In this document: positions 10,257 through 21,502 of the stretch, piece by piece
Layout of the letters: each line of letters starts with the position of its first letter
Numbering within the stretch: the first letter of the stretch is position 1
Assembly: GCA_038143065.1 (NCBI GenBank)
Contig: JAYQLI010000035.1
Location: 1,792,894 to 1,856,893, forward strand
Origin: Rhodospirillales bacterium
GTDB lineage: Bacteria; Pseudomonadota; Alphaproteobacteria; Bin95
Direction: 5' to 3'
DNA: 64,000 bases
The notes under the pieces: model-generated
The model's input: only the letters and a program-made list of their open reading frames with translations
Database searches by the model: none
What the model was told of the DNA's origin: nothing
Translations under genes and position numbers: made by a program

Positions 10257-10589
10257 ATGGCGGCCAGAGAGGCCAAATTCGGTATTGGAGACGTAGTACG
10301 CCACCGTCGGCACCCGTTCAGAGGTGTAGTGTTTGACGTGGACCCCGTCTTCTCAAATACAGAAGAATGGTGGCTACAAATTCCGCCTGAAATGCGTCCT
10401 AGTAAAGATCAGCCCTACTATCACTTGTTCGCAGAAAATTCTGAAACAACCTACGTGGCTTACGTTTCCGAACAGAACCTACTTCCTGATGAAACTGGAG
10501 AGCCATGCAGGCATCCGCGTATCAAAGATATGTTTGAAAGCACAAATTCAGGCCACTACGCACTTCGCGACGCTAGATTTGCCAATTGA
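10257..10589 (+). CDS. hspQ: Heat shock protein HspQ
   Basis: AKFGIG.VVRHR..PFRGVVFDVDP, DQPYYHL, AYVSEQNL. Confidence 0.93.
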   Translation: MAAREAKFGIGDVVRHRRHPFRGVVFDVDPVFSNTEEWWLQIPPEMRPSKDQPYYHLFAENSETTYVAYVSEQNLLPDETGEPCRHPRIKDMFESTNSGHYALRDARFAN

Positions 10590-11770
10590 AAACCAGCACC
10601 CTGCTCAAGTTATTATAGTCGGGGCAGGTCCAGCCGGTTTAACTGTGGCAGCTCTGCTAGCTGAGGCAGGAGTTTACGCTACTGTTTTGGAAGCAGAATC
10701 AGAACTCCCAACAAACCTTCGTGCATCAACCTTTCATCCACCAACGCTTCAAATGCTCGAGCGTTTTGGTGTGACCGACAAATTGGTTTCTGAAGGATTA
10801 ATTGCTCCAACTTTTCAGTTCCGAGATCGCTTTGTTGGCAAGCTAGCTGAATTTGATTTTGGAGAGCTAAAAGATGTTTGCTCTCGCCCCTATCGCCTCC
10901 AATGTGAGCAATACAAGCTCAACTTTGCTCTTAAAGATTATATTAGCGGGAAGGATTCCGTGGACCTCCGGTTTGGGACCAAAGTTAGAACAGTAGAGCA
11001 AACGCCAGGTGGGGTTTCAGCAACTTTAAGTTCGGGCGAAAAAATCTTTGGTGAATATTTGTTGGGCGCAGATGGTGCTCGTAGTGCTGTGAGACAATCG
11101 CTGAATATCCCGTTTGAAGGTTTTACATGGCCCGAAGCATTTCTTGTGGTTTCAACCCCATTTCCGTTTGAAAAACATATGGATGACCTCTGTTGGGTAA
11201 ATTATTTTGCAGATCCTGAAGAGTGGTTCTTCTTGTTACGTGCTCCTGATTTTTGGCGTGTAATGTTTCCTGTAAACGCAAACGCTAATGAGCGGGAAAT
11301 TTTTGATCCTTCAGCTGTGCAGCGCCGACTACAACGGGTTTTTCAAACTGAGTCTGACTACGAGGTTGCGCACACCACTCTCTACCGTGTCCACCAACGA
11401 GTAGCCAAAAAATATAAAAAGGGTCGGGTTTTTTGGCGGGAGATGCTGCTCATATAAACAATCCTTTAGGGGGATGGGTATGAATGGTGGAATCCATGAC
11501 GCATTCAACCTAGGAGAAAAGTTAGCAGCCGTAATGACAGGAACTGCTAAAACTACTGTCCTCAATGATTACGAGGCTGAACGAAGACCTGTAGCCCTAG
11601 AATATGTGAACAAAATAACAATTAAGAATAAAAAAAATCTTGAGACTAATGATCCACTGGAGCAAAGAGCTTTTCGTAAAATGTTAGAGGAAACAACTGA
11701 GGATCCAGCAAAGCGACACTTGTATCTTCTGCGCGCCTCCATGCTAGCCAGCGTAGGCATTCAAGGATAA
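10579..11770 (+). CDS. FAD-dependent monooxygenase (MhpA/PheA-like; two homopolymer frameshifts near 11430 and 11470)
   Basis: GAGPAG, GADGARS; corrected frames give GRVFLAGDAAHINNPLGGMGMNGGIHDA. Confidence 0.88.
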
Positions 11771-11842
11771 ATAATACTCCTAACGGTCAAATGCCGGGCA
11801 AGTCACAGCCGCACCAAAGGCTGAAAGAAAAGGGTTTTTATA

Positions 11843-13189
11843 ATGCCACGAAAGCTTTTCGGAACTGATGGCGTTAGGGGAAGGGCGAATTTAGAGCCCA
11901 TGACAGCCCAAACCGCGCTAAAGCTTGCCATGGCAGCTGCTAAAGTATTTGTTCACCCTGGCAGACAGAATACAGTTGTTATTGGAAAAGATACCAGGCT
12001 TTCAGGGTACATGATGGAGTCCGCTATGTTGGCGGGGTTCACTGCAATGGGAATGGATGTCGTAGCTACCGGCCCCATCCCAACCCCAGCCATTGCGATG
12101 TTAACCCGATCACTGAGAGCAGACCTCGGTGTGGTCTTATCCGCATCTCACAATCCTGCAACTGACACGGGAGTCAAATTTTTTGGCCCTGATGGCTACA
12201 AACTTTCCGACGCGATCGAAGCACAAATTGAGAGCTATATAGAATTAGTTGCAAAAGATCTTGCACCAGCTGAGGAGCTTGGGCGAGCTCGACACCCCGA
12301 GGATCTAACTGGAAGATACGTAGAATACGCTAAAAGTGCTTTTCCGCGTGGCTTAAGGTTAAACGGACTGCGCGTCGTCATCGATTGTGCAAATGGAGCA
12401 GGCTACAAAGCCGCGCCGGCTGCATTTTGGGAATTAGGTGCAGAGGTGGTTACCATTGGCAACAAACCAAACGGTACAAATATCAATGAAAACTGCGGCG
12501 CAACTAATCCGCAAACTTTGATTGACGAGGTTCTTCGCCAACGCGCTGACTTTGGGGTGGCTCTAGATGGCGATGCAGATCGGGTGCAGCTAATAGATGA
12601 AAAAGGCTCCTTGATTGATGGTGATCAGCTGCTCGCCTTGATTTCAGACTCAGCAAAAACCGCTGGCACTCTAAGAGGAGGCGGTGTTGTTGCAACTTTA
12701 ATGTCTAATCTTGGGCTTGAAAGATATTTAAAAGATCAAGGACTACATCTAGCACGCACTCAGATCGGTGATCGATATGTGGTTGAACATATGCGCTCAC
12801 ATGATTTCAATGTTGGCGGAGAACAGTCAGGGCACATAGTGCTTTCTGATTACACAACAACCGGGGATGGTCTGATAGCCGGACTTCAAGCAGCCGCCGC
12901 TATCCAAAAAGCAAATCAACCGGCAAGTGAAGTGCTGCATCGCTTCACCCCAATGCCTCAAATTTTGAAAAACGTACGATACCAAGGTGAAGTGCCCTTA
13001 ATGCTTGCGCATGTAAAAAAAGCGATAAAGGAGGCCGAAACCCAACTTAAGCAAAGTGGGCGTCTCTTAATTAGAAAATCTGGAACAGAACCACTGATCC
13101 GGGTTATGGCAGAGGGAGAAGACTTGGAATTAATTAAAACTGTTGTTGAAGAACTCGTCAGCATAATTGAACGGACCCAGCAGGCATGA
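11843..13189 (+). CDS. glmM: Phosphoglucosamine mutase
   Basis: [34 protein letters not shown]. Confidence 0.96.
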   Translation: MPRKLFGTDGVRGRANLEPMTAQTALKLAMAAAKVFVHPGRQNTVVIGKDTRLSGYMMESAMLAGFTAMGMDVVATGPIPTPAIAMLTRSLRADLGVVLSASHNPATDTGVKFFGPDGYKLSDAIEAQIESYIELVAKDLAPAEELGRARHPEDLTGRYVEYAKSAFPRGLRLNGLRVVIDCANGAGYKAAPAAFWELGAEVVTIGNKPNGTNINENCGATNPQTLIDEVLRQRADFGVALDGDADRVQLIDEKGSLIDGDQLLALISDSAKTAGTLRGGGVVATLMSNLGLERYLKDQGLHLARTQIGDRYVVEHMRSHDFNVGGEQSGHIVLSDYTTTGDGLIAGLQAAAAIQKANQPASEVLHRFTPMPQILKNVRYQGEVPLMLAHVKKAIKEAETQLKQSGRLLIRKSGTEPLIRVMAEGEDLELIKTVVEELVSIIERTQQA

Positions 13190-13992
13190 AAGGACGAGTA
13201 CTCATAATAGCGGGTTCTGATTCTGGTGGTGGCGCAGGAATTCAGGCTGATATAAAGACCGTTAGTGCGTTAGGCGGTTATGCCATGACTGCAATAACAG
13301 CACTCACTGCACAGAATACTGAGGGCGTCTTTGGGGTTCATGCACCTCCACCAAAATTCGTCGCAGATCAAATACAAGTCGTCCTTGAGGATATCGGTGC
13401 AGACTGCATAAAAATCGGTATGTTGCACAATGTTGGCGTCATCGAAACGGTTGCCAGTGCTTTGAACGATTATGCGGCAGGAGTACCTATCGTTTTAGAT
13501 CCTGTCATGGTTGCCAAAGGAGGAGCTGCTTTACTCGAAAATGACGCCGTAGAGACCTACAAATCTTTACTGCCAAAAATGGCAACAATATTGACACCAA
13601 ACCTCCCAGAAGCGAGCGTGCTCACTGGACTTGAAATTCATTCGACTGCCGATCAGGAGAATGCCGTGGAAGCCCTGCGCAAACTTGGTGCTACAGCGGT
13701 CCTTTTGAAGGGCGGCCATCTTGAAGGTAATTCTGTCAGAGATCTCCTGATTGAAAAGAATTCCGTGACTGTATTTGAAAATGATCGCATTCAGTCCCGG
13801 CATACACATGGAACGGGTTGTACTCTAGCATCAGCCATCGCCTCAGGAATCGCTGATGGAATGGAGATTTCCTCTGCTGTTTCCAGAGCAATTGCCTATG
13901 TGCAAAAGGCTATCCAATTAGCGCCAGGTTTGGGCAAGGGGCATGGGCCTTTGAATCATGGCCATACCGTGAACTCTTTTGGCAATTCATGA
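13186..13992 (+). CDS. thiD: Hydroxymethylpyrimidine/phosphomethylpyrimidine kinase
   Basis: [33 protein letters not shown]. Confidence 0.96.
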   Translation: MKGRVLIIAGSDSGGGAGIQADIKTVSALGGYAMTAITALTAQNTEGVFGVHAPPPKFVADQIQVVLEDIGADCIKIGMLHNVGVIETVASALNDYAAGVPIVLDPVMVAKGGAALLENDAVETYKSLLPKMATILTPNLPEASVLTGLEIHSTADQENAVEALRKLGATAVLLKGGHLEGNSVRDLLIEKNSVTVFENDRIQSRHTHGTGCTLASAIASGIADGMEISSAVSRAIAYVQKAIQLAPGLGKGHGPLNHGHTVNSFGNS

Positions 13993-14210
13993 TGATTTTT
14001 AGATCGGTTGACTGTTTATCTATCGAGCCGGGAAATATCCCAAATCTTCCTGGATAGCACCTTCTTGCTAGGAGGCTTCTCTTTCAACGTGAAATAAATA
14101 AGCTTCAGTAGTATTGGTAAACAATCCAAACCCTTGATTGCAAAGGCCTATTGAAGATAGACCAAGTCAAGACAACGCAAGATTTTCTCAGTCTCAGGAG
14201 TAATTATTCA

Positions 14211-15065
14211 ATGCAAGTTGCCAAAATACTGCTCTTTGTTGTCCTTGGTGGTCTTCTTGGCTTCTTGGCAAGTCAATACACTGGCAGAGATACAACTAGA
14301 GCAGATCAGCAGGAGAATAATGTTGCAGGATCTGAGTTACAACTTTCTGATATAGGGATTGATAGCAAAAGCTCATTGGAGAACTTAATTTCTTCAGGCG
14401 TTTCTAAGTTCCTTGAAGAGAAGCCTGAAGCTGTTGTAGCGGCCTTGGAAAAATTTCAAGAAAACCAAGCAAAAATCGCAGAAGAAGACCGTGCCAAATT
14501 ACTACGAAGCCTAAACGATCCATTGTTTAGCCAACCAACCGACCCCTCCATAGGGGCTACAGCGTCTGAAGCAGATATATCAATTGTTGAATTTTTTGAT
14601 TATCGCTGCGGATATTGTCGGCGTGCTCATTCCAGCATCGTGGAACTAATTAAAACCGACAGTAAAATCAGAGTGGTAATGAAGGAATTTCCAATTCTAG
14701 GACCAGACTCTGTGTCCGCTGCAATAATTTCTCTATCTGCCAACATGATAAACCCAGAGAAATATGCAGATTTACATGAACGTCTCATTCAGCATCAAGG
14801 CCCGTATGATGAGGCCACACTGCTAGCCCTGGCTGCAGATGTTGGATACGACCCTGCAGGCATTCAGGCTGCTATGTCAAATAAAGCCCTCACTGCTCAA
14901 ATTGAAAACGCGCGGCAGATCGCCGAAGCACTCAACATCCGTGGGACACCAGCGTTTATCATAGGAGATAAAATTATTCCTGGTGCCGTTCCACTTCAAC
15001 AGCTCCGAGCAGCCATTGAAGAGGCAAGAACCCGCGCAGAAAAAAGCTGGTTAATTAAAGATTAG
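14211..15065 (+). CDS. DsbA/ScsC(Com1)-like periplasmic thiol-disulfide oxidoreductase
   Basis: N-terminal TM segment, EFFDYRCGYC, KEFPILG, GTPAF. Confidence 0.9.
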   Translation: MQVAKILLFVVLGGLLGFLASQYTGRDTTRADQQENNVAGSELQLSDIGIDSKSSLENLISSGVSKFLEEKPEAVVAALEKFQENQAKIAEEDRAKLLRSLNDPLFSQPTDPSIGATASEADISIVEFFDYRCGYCRRAHSSIVELIKTDSKIRVVMKEFPILGPDSVSAAIISLSANMINPEKYADLHERLIQHQGPYDEATLLALAADVGYDPAGIQAAMSNKALTAQIENARQIAEALNIRGTPAFIIGDKIIPGAVPLQQLRAAIEEARTRAEKSWLIKD

Positions 15066-15784
15066 GTGGCGTTAGCACGCCCGATAGTTACACCACCGCA
15101 AATGAATAAAACTTGGCCCGTAACAAAGCTAGATCGGTCATCCATAAGAAAGGCAACACCATTGGCAATGTCGTCAGGTGTTCCAAAACGCTGAACAGGA
15201 ATACGCTGCCTATAAGCCTCCCACGCTGGGGAACCTTCACCGTAAACCTCTTTGAGCATATCTGTCTCAATGGGTCCGGGGCCAATAGCATTTGAGGTGA
15301 TGCCGTAGGATCCTAATTCCTCAGCCCAGGTTTTCGTGATACCCACGACGGCTGCTTTAGTGGCAGAATATACAGTCTGTGTAGCGGCACCCAGAGCTGA
15401 ACGGCTTGCAATATTAATAATTCGACCAAATCCCGCAGATTTCATGCCTGGCACAAGCGCACTTGTGATCTCTATATAGGAACGCACATTTACCGACATT
15501 AATTTGTCGAAGGTTGCCGCATCCGCATCTTCCACATTATGAGTTGCTACAAGCCCTGCGCAGTTAACAACCCGTGTGATTTCTCTCCCATCTAGCGCCC
15601 ATGCCATTGCCTGAGATACAGCAGCGGAGTTGGAGAGATCAACCTTACGAAATTCACCTATAGAAGGGTCTTCTGGATCAACGATATCCAACATAAGAAT
15701 ATCGTAACCATCATTTTTTAACCGCGAGGAAATTGCTTTCCCTATATTCCTCGAGGCTCCGGTTACTAAAACATATTTACTCAT
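15062..15784 (-). CDS. SDR family oxidoreductase
   Basis: TGASRNIG, YSATK, GPGPIET. Confidence 0.9.
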   Translation of the reverse strand: MSKYVLVTGASRNIGKAISSRLKNDGYDILMLDIVDPEDPSIGEFRKVDLSNSAAVSQAMAWALDGREITRVVNCAGLVATHNVEDADAATFDKLMSVNVRSYIEITSALVPGMKSAGFGRIINIASRSALGAATQTVYSATKAAVVGITKTWAEELGSYGITSNAIGPGPIETDMLKEVYGEGSPAWEAYRQRIPVQRFGTPDDIANGVAFLMDDRSSFVTGQVLFICGGVTIGRANAT

Positions 15785-15793
15785 AATCTACCC

Positions 15794-17897
15794 CTAGCCA
15801 ACTAGTGTATGTGCTTCTCGAAAAGACACTTTTTTGTCGGCAAGTCGGCGCAATAGATCAGAAGGTGCCCACCGATCACCATATGCCTGGTGCCAAGCCG
15901 CAATCTGGTTGTAGCCTGCAGAACACCTATGTCGTCAGCCCAATACATCAATCCTCCACGGTAGCGTGGAAAGCCAAATCCATAGAGCCACATAATGTCG
16001 ACATCTGAGGCTCTATAGGAAATTTTTTCCTCTAAAATTTTGCATGCCTCATTCACTGAAGAAAAAAGTAAACGCTTCAATATTTCTTCATCCGTGAAAC
16101 TACGAGGCGTATTACCCATATCCTTTGACATTGAATTGATGAGATCTGTGACTATTGGATCGGGGTGAGGCGTACGATCACCTTTTTCATACTTAAACCA
16201 GCCCGCACCAGTCTTCTGACCTAGTCGCCCCATCTCCACTAACTTATCGGCGATTGGCAGCGTTCGATAATTTGGATCAGCTTCCGCGCGTCTCTTACGA
16301 CCTGCATACCCAATGTCCAGTCCAGCCAAATCACCAACAGCAAAAGGGCCCATTGGATAGCCAAATTCAACCATGACTTTATCGACTTGTTCAGGGAGAC
16401 ACCCCTCCTCCAACATAATCACCATTTCTGAATTAAAGGGTGTACGGCTTCGATTAGCCAAGAAGCCATCGCAGTTTCCGCAAGCTGCTGGAGCTTTGGA
16501 TATTAATTTACCCAATGCCATTGTAGATGCAGTAACTTCAGGAATTGTCTTGGCTCCTTTTACAACCTCCAAGAGCTTCATAACGTTGGCAGGACTAAAG
16601 AAATGCGCGCCACCAATCTTCTCTGGACGAGATGTAGATTCTGCAATCTGATCTATGTCTAAGGCCGACGTATTTGTTAGAAGAAGAGCATCTGGCTTCA
16701 TAACGCGGTCAATTTCTTTGAAGACCTGCTGCTTTACCCCCATCTCCTCAAACACCGCCTCAATTACTACGTCCGCCTCGGCAATCTGCTCATAAGCAGT
16801 TGCTTTAGAAATCAAAGCGACTCTCTTCTCCATTTCAGCCGCTTCAAGGGACCCACGTTTCACACTAACTTCATAGTTATTGCGAATGCGCTCAAATCCT
16901 TTTTCAAGTGCTTCTTCAGAAATTTCCAACACTTGTACTGGGATCCCAGCATCAGCGAAGCACATCGCGATGCCTCCCCCCATAGTGCCGGCCCCCACAA
17001 CAGCAGCAGTTTTGATTGTCTTAACCGGGGTTCCCTTGGGGACGTCGGGCAACTTTTGTGCCTCTCGCTCAGCAAAGAAGGCGTATCGAAGCGCTTTTGA
17101 CTCGTTAGAATTAACAAGCTCCTCAAAAAGCTCCCGTTCTCGCTTTAATCCATCATCAAACTGCATTTCAACGGCAGCTTGAACCGCCTTGATATTGTTA
17201 TACGGCGCTATCTGATTACGTGCGCGGCGGGATATTTCTTTTTCTTTGCCTCGAATATATCTTCGCCTTCAGGCAACTCTGCCACAATATCTCTAATGAG
17301 CCTTAAAGGCCTTTTATCAGATATCTCGTTCGCGAATTTTATTGCTTCAAATTTTAGGTCAGAATCAGATGGGACAACCCTGTCCAAGATACCAAGCTCA
17401 GCTGCCTCCGGAGCTGGGACATGGCGACCTGATACAATTAGATCAAGCGCTGCTTTCGGACCAATCAGTCTTGGGAGCCGCTGCGTTCCGCCACCGCCAG
17501 GCAAAAGTCCAATGAGTACTTCTGGCAAGCCAACCTTCGCTGATGCAACTGCAATTCGATAATGACATGCAAGTGCATTTTCCAAACCGCCTCCCAGAGC
17601 ATATCCATGGATTGCAGCTACGATTGGCTTGGATGATTGCTCATAGGCATCATAAGGCTTACGAGCTAAAGGCGGTCGTCCCTTCCCAAACTGCCTGATG
17701 TCAGCGCCTGCAATAAAACTTCTACCTGCTCCAATTACCACCATTGCTTTGATAGCTGGATCAGCCGCTCCGGCATCGATGTGTTTTACAATTCCTTCAG
17801 GAACTCCAGGAGATAAAGCGTTCACAGGTGGATTGTCGACAATAACAACACCTATATCTCCGTGCCTCTCGAAGTAGACGAGATTTTGCTCGGTCAT
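15794..17897 (-). CDS. Bifunctional enoyl-CoA hydratase / 3-hydroxyacyl-CoA dehydrogenase (frameshifts near 17235 and 15915)
   Basis: Crotonase domain (AGADI, GGGLE, PEV..G.LPG.GGTQRLPR) and HADH domain (GAGTMG, IEAVFE, HFFSPA); joining the frames ends at TAG 15794. Confidence 0.9.
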
Positions 17898-17924
17898 AAT
17901 TTCATCCCTAGATTTTATAATGCT

Positions 17925-19181
17925 TTATCCAACTTGGTTGCGCGGAACATCGCGGAAGGGTCGATCAGTATCCGTCCTGTTTTCTTTTGGCATTTTTAAA
18001 ATGCGTTCCGAAATAATGTTTCGCTGAATTTCGTCTGTCCCACCTGCAATAGAGATAGCTGGGGTTGAAACTAAAATTTCTGCAACGACACCGCCGGCTT
18101 CATCCTCATCACCTGTAAGCATAGCATTTGGCCCAGCTATCTTTGTGTGAGTTAAATTCGCTGAGCGGGCTACTATTGAAGCTGCTAGCTTACCTATAGA
18201 GCCCTCAGGCCCTTGCGGTTTTCCCGCTTGAGACGCGGCCCGAGCTCTCCTAGCGGTCCATTCAGCAGACTTAGCAATAGTAAGAGTTTTTGCAATATCC
18301 TGACGAATATCTGGATCATCCCAGACACCCATCGCTTTGGCTCGCTCAACTAAAAGATCAACCCGGCCCGTGCGCTGAGGATACCAAGTATAAGGAGCCA
18401 TAACAGTAGCAATTTCTTGCCGCTCTTCCTCGTAAATGCGCTCTGGTCGATCCGTACCACTCTCATAACGACGGGCAGAGTCCGCACCACGGCGTTCATG
18501 CATCAGGGTTGTGGTTGCTATTTTCCAGCCTTCACCGAGCTCACCTACCTGCATATTGGCCTCAACAACAGCATCAGTAATGAAAACCTGGTTGAATGAA
18601 GCATGGCCATTCATTTGCCTGAGCTGGTGAACCTGCACCCCCGGTTGGTGCATATCGAGAATAAAGTAACTTAGCCCTTTGTGCTTGACGGCATCCCAAT
18701 CCGTCCTAGCCAAAAGCAGCGCATAGTCAGCGTGGTGTGCACTTGTTGTCCACACCTTCTGTCCATTGATAATCCACTTTCCATCCTTAAAGTCAGCTCG
18801 AGTTGCTGCGCCTGCCAGGTCAGAACCTGATCCTGGTTCGGAAAAAAGCTGACACCAAGTTTCCGTCCCTGTCATAATTCCTTTCAGATATTTTTCTTTC
18901 TGAAGGTCTGTTCCGTGCTCGAGGATCGTCGCTGCTGCGAGCACACGGATTCCCATTTTTGCTGCACCTACTGCGCCAAATTTATTGAACTCCTCATCAA
19001 CGATTGCTGTCATGCCAAGTGGCAAGCCTCTACCCAGCCAATCCTTAGGCCAATGAGGCATACCCCACCCAGATTCTGCGAGCATCTCACGCCATTCCGA
19101 AAGCCCCCGGTTTGGGTCCCAATTGGCTTCTAGGTATTCTCGAACCTGGCTGCGCAGCTCATTTTCAGTAATTTCAGTCAT
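17925..19181 (-). CDS. Acyl-CoA dehydrogenase (FadE26/FadE29-like catalytic subunit)
   Basis: WCQLFSEPGSGSDLA, GQKVWT, TLMHER, IAGGTDEIQRNII. Confidence 0.9.
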   Translation of the reverse strand: MTEITENELRSQVREYLEANWDPNRGLSEWREMLAESGWGMPHWPKDWLGRGLPLGMTAIVDEEFNKFGAVGAAKMGIRVLAAATILEHGTDLQKEKYLKGIMTGTETWCQLFSEPGSGSDLAGAATRADFKDGKWIINGQKVWTTSAHHADYALLLARTDWDAVKHKGLSYFILDMHQPGVQVHQLRQMNGHASFNQVFITDAVVEANMQVGELGEGWKIATTTLMHERRGADSARRYESGTDRPERIYEEERQEIATVMAPYTWYPQRTGRVDLLVERAKAMGVWDDPDIRQDIAKTLTIAKSAEWTARRARAASQAGKPQGPEGSIGKLAASIVARSANLTHTKIAGPNAMLTGDEDEAGGVVAEILVSTPAISIAGGTDEIQRNIISERILKMPKENRTDTDRPFRDVPRNQVG

Positions 19182-20299
19182 GAATTGTCACCCCAGTTTT
19201 GCAACATACGCTCTCGGTTTTGGTTGGCATCACCCAGAAACACTTCGCTGGCTTTAGCTCGCTTAAACCAAAGATGGGTATCATTGTCGTAGGTAAAGCC
19301 TATTCCACCGTGCATCTGGACAGCGTGAACTGCTGTCTGGATGTATGCATCAGATGCACCCGCCTTGGCCAAAGCTACAACCCCACGCGCGTCTGTGTCG
19401 CCATCATCTATCGCAGCGGCAGCGTAATACGCAGCAGACTTTGCAAGCTCCACATCCAAAAGCATATCAGCCGCTTTATGCTTTGTGACTTGGAAGGAAG
19501 CGATTGACCGCCCAAATTGCATTCTCATTGAAACGTATTCCAGTGCGTCCTCTCGAAGACGCTCTGCACCACCGACCATCTCACTTGCAAGACAAGCTAA
19601 AGCAATATCAAGGGTGCGTTCGTAGGCTTCATTACTGTTGTCGGCTGTTAGTAACACCGCTGGTGTTTTAGCGAAGGAAACAGTGGAGAGTTTCCGTGTT
19701 GGGTCCATTGAATTCTGAGGCTTCCGCGAGACAGTATTGTCACTTGCATCGACAATAAACATACCAAGCGCACCATCTGGCTTCCTTGCCACAACAACTA
19801 ATAAAGAAGCGGTCATGCCATCAACAACATGACTCTTAGTGCCGGTTAGTTGATAAGCATCTCCGCTCTTTTCAGCAGACATCGAGATTGAGTCTGCAGC
19901 CCAACCCCCGCGGCCTTCTACGGCGCAGAGCGCCCCTATAGTTTCACCCGACGCAAATCCGGGTAGGAAATGTCGCTTTTGATCATCTGAGCCGGCTTCG
20001 CGTATTGCTGTAGCGGCGAGAACCACAGACCCGAAATAAGGTGAACAAAGTAAAGCGCGCCCCATTTCTTCGCATGCGATTGCCAAATCCGCTATGCCAA
20101 AACCGGCACCCCCACATTCTTCAGGAATGTGAAGGGAAGCGAGCGCTAATTCTTCGCACATCTGTCGCCATAAGCCAGGATCATAGCCTTGGTCCGTTTG
20201 CATCTGCTTGCGAACTTCTGTGGTTGGTGATTTCGCCTGCAAAAAGCGTCTTAGCGCAGTTCGGAACTCATCTTGTTCCTCTGAAAAACTAAATTTCAT
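19178..20299 (-). CDS. Acyl-CoA dehydrogenase, short FadE27/FadE28-like partner subunit
   Basis: EEMGRAL, RMQFGRSIASFQ, HGGIGFT; lacks the C-terminal EG/GGT motif; overlaps the downstream ACAD by 4 nt. Confidence 0.85.
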   Translation of the reverse strand: MKFSFSEEQDEFRTALRRFLQAKSPTTEVRKQMQTDQGYDPGLWRQMCEELALASLHIPEECGGAGFGIADLAIACEEMGRALLCSPYFGSVVLAATAIREAGSDDQKRHFLPGFASGETIGALCAVEGRGGWAADSISMSAEKSGDAYQLTGTKSHVVDGMTASLLVVVARKPDGALGMFIVDASDNTVSRKPQNSMDPTRKLSTVSFAKTPAVLLTADNSNEAYERTLDIALACLASEMVGGAERLREDALEYVSMRMQFGRSIASFQVTKHKAADMLLDVELAKSAAYYAAAAIDDGDTDARGVVALAKAGASDAYIQTAVHAVQMHGGIGFTYDNDTHLWFKRAKASEVFLGDANQNRERMLQNWGDNS

Positions 20300-20569
20300 T
20301 CGATAACACGTCCTGATGAGAGGGATTCTTCTTCAGAAGACCACTAATCAGAAGCTGCAAGAAAGTGAGCACTTATGCAAGGATTAGCAGGTGGAATTTC
20401 TTTTTTGCCCTTAAAAAGCAAAAGGGTAAAAAGTGCTCCATGCACATCATCACTCGATCCGATTGAAATATTCTTTATTAAAATTAGCTCCCACTCTGGT
20501 CAGAAAGTTGACCAAATCGTTCCAGAGCCTGACACTGGTAGTCGATTTAAAAATTATCAGGAAGTTCTC

Positions 20570-21490
20570 ATGGCCATGTTGGATGGAAAAGTAGCAATCT
20601 GCACCGGTTCCGGCCGGGGAGTGGGCGCAGAAGTCGCTAAATTGATGGCGGCAAATGGAGCTAAGGTTCTAATTAATGACCCTGGCGTTGGAGGTGGGGG
20701 CGAAGGCGGGGACACAGCCCCTGCACAATCAATTGTCGATCAAATCAAAGCGGCTGGCGGCGAAGCTGTTGCCAACTTTGGCTCCGTGACCACTTTTGAG
20801 GACTGCCTGGGAATGGTCGAACAAGCAAGAGACGAACTGGGGGGATGTCATGTAGTTTTCAACCCGGCAGGAATTCTACGCGATCGAATGTTCCATAAGA
20901 TGTCGCCAGAAGATTGGACTGATGTGATCAACGTCCACCTTAATGGCCACTTCAATATCAACCGTGCCGCAATTAACTTGTTCAGAGAACAAGAGTACGG
21001 GCGCATGATTATGGTCTCCTCGACGTCTGGCGTTCTTGGAAATGTGGGACAAGCAAATTATGGTTCCGCCAAGATGGGGATAGTGGCTTTGACACGCATT
21101 GTCGCTATGGAAAATGCCAACAAAGGAATTACTTCTAACGCTATATTGCCATCAGCCGATACTAGAATGACCCGCTCTGTTCCAACACCAAAAGATCCCG
21201 ATGCCGCAAAAATCCGTGAGGAGCGCCTTCGTTTAAGCCCTGCTGATGCGATTGCACCTCTTTGTGTTTTTCTTGCCTCTGAAGAAGCGTCATATGTCAA
21301 TGGTCAAGTTTTCCATCAACGTGGGGCTGAGCTGACTCTATATGGCGCTATGAGGCCTGTGAGAATGGTGCATCGGAATCATGGATGGACTCCCGAATCT
21401 ATCGCTGAAAATGGAATGCCCGCTTTAAAGACAGGTTTTGTTAATATGGGTGACAGCAGAGCGATGCACCCCGGGCTACCTCTTGAATAG
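20570..21490 (+). CDS. SDR oxidoreductase (HSD17B4/MFE-2 type hydroxyacyl-CoA dehydrogenase-like)
   Basis: TGSGRGVG, NDPG, AGILRDRMF, GQANYGSAK. Confidence 0.88.
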   Translation: MAMLDGKVAICTGSGRGVGAEVAKLMAANGAKVLINDPGVGGGGEGGDTAPAQSIVDQIKAAGGEAVANFGSVTTFEDCLGMVEQARDELGGCHVVFNPAGILRDRMFHKMSPEDWTDVINVHLNGHFNINRAAINLFREQEYGRMIMVSSTSGVLGNVGQANYGSAKMGIVALTRIVAMENANKGITSNAILPSADTRMTRSVPTPKDPDAAKIREERLRLSPADAIAPLCVFLASEEASYVNGQVFHQRGAELTLYGAMRPVRMVHRNHGWTPESIAENGMPALKTGFVNMGDSRAMHPGLPLE

Positions 21491-21502
21491 GAATCTTTAT
21501 AA

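Noticed and set aside
12160-12180. GlmM DTG in place of the conserved DNG
   Set aside because: GACACGGGA differs from GACAACGGA by a compensating loss of A and gain of G, so it is probably a sequencing error.
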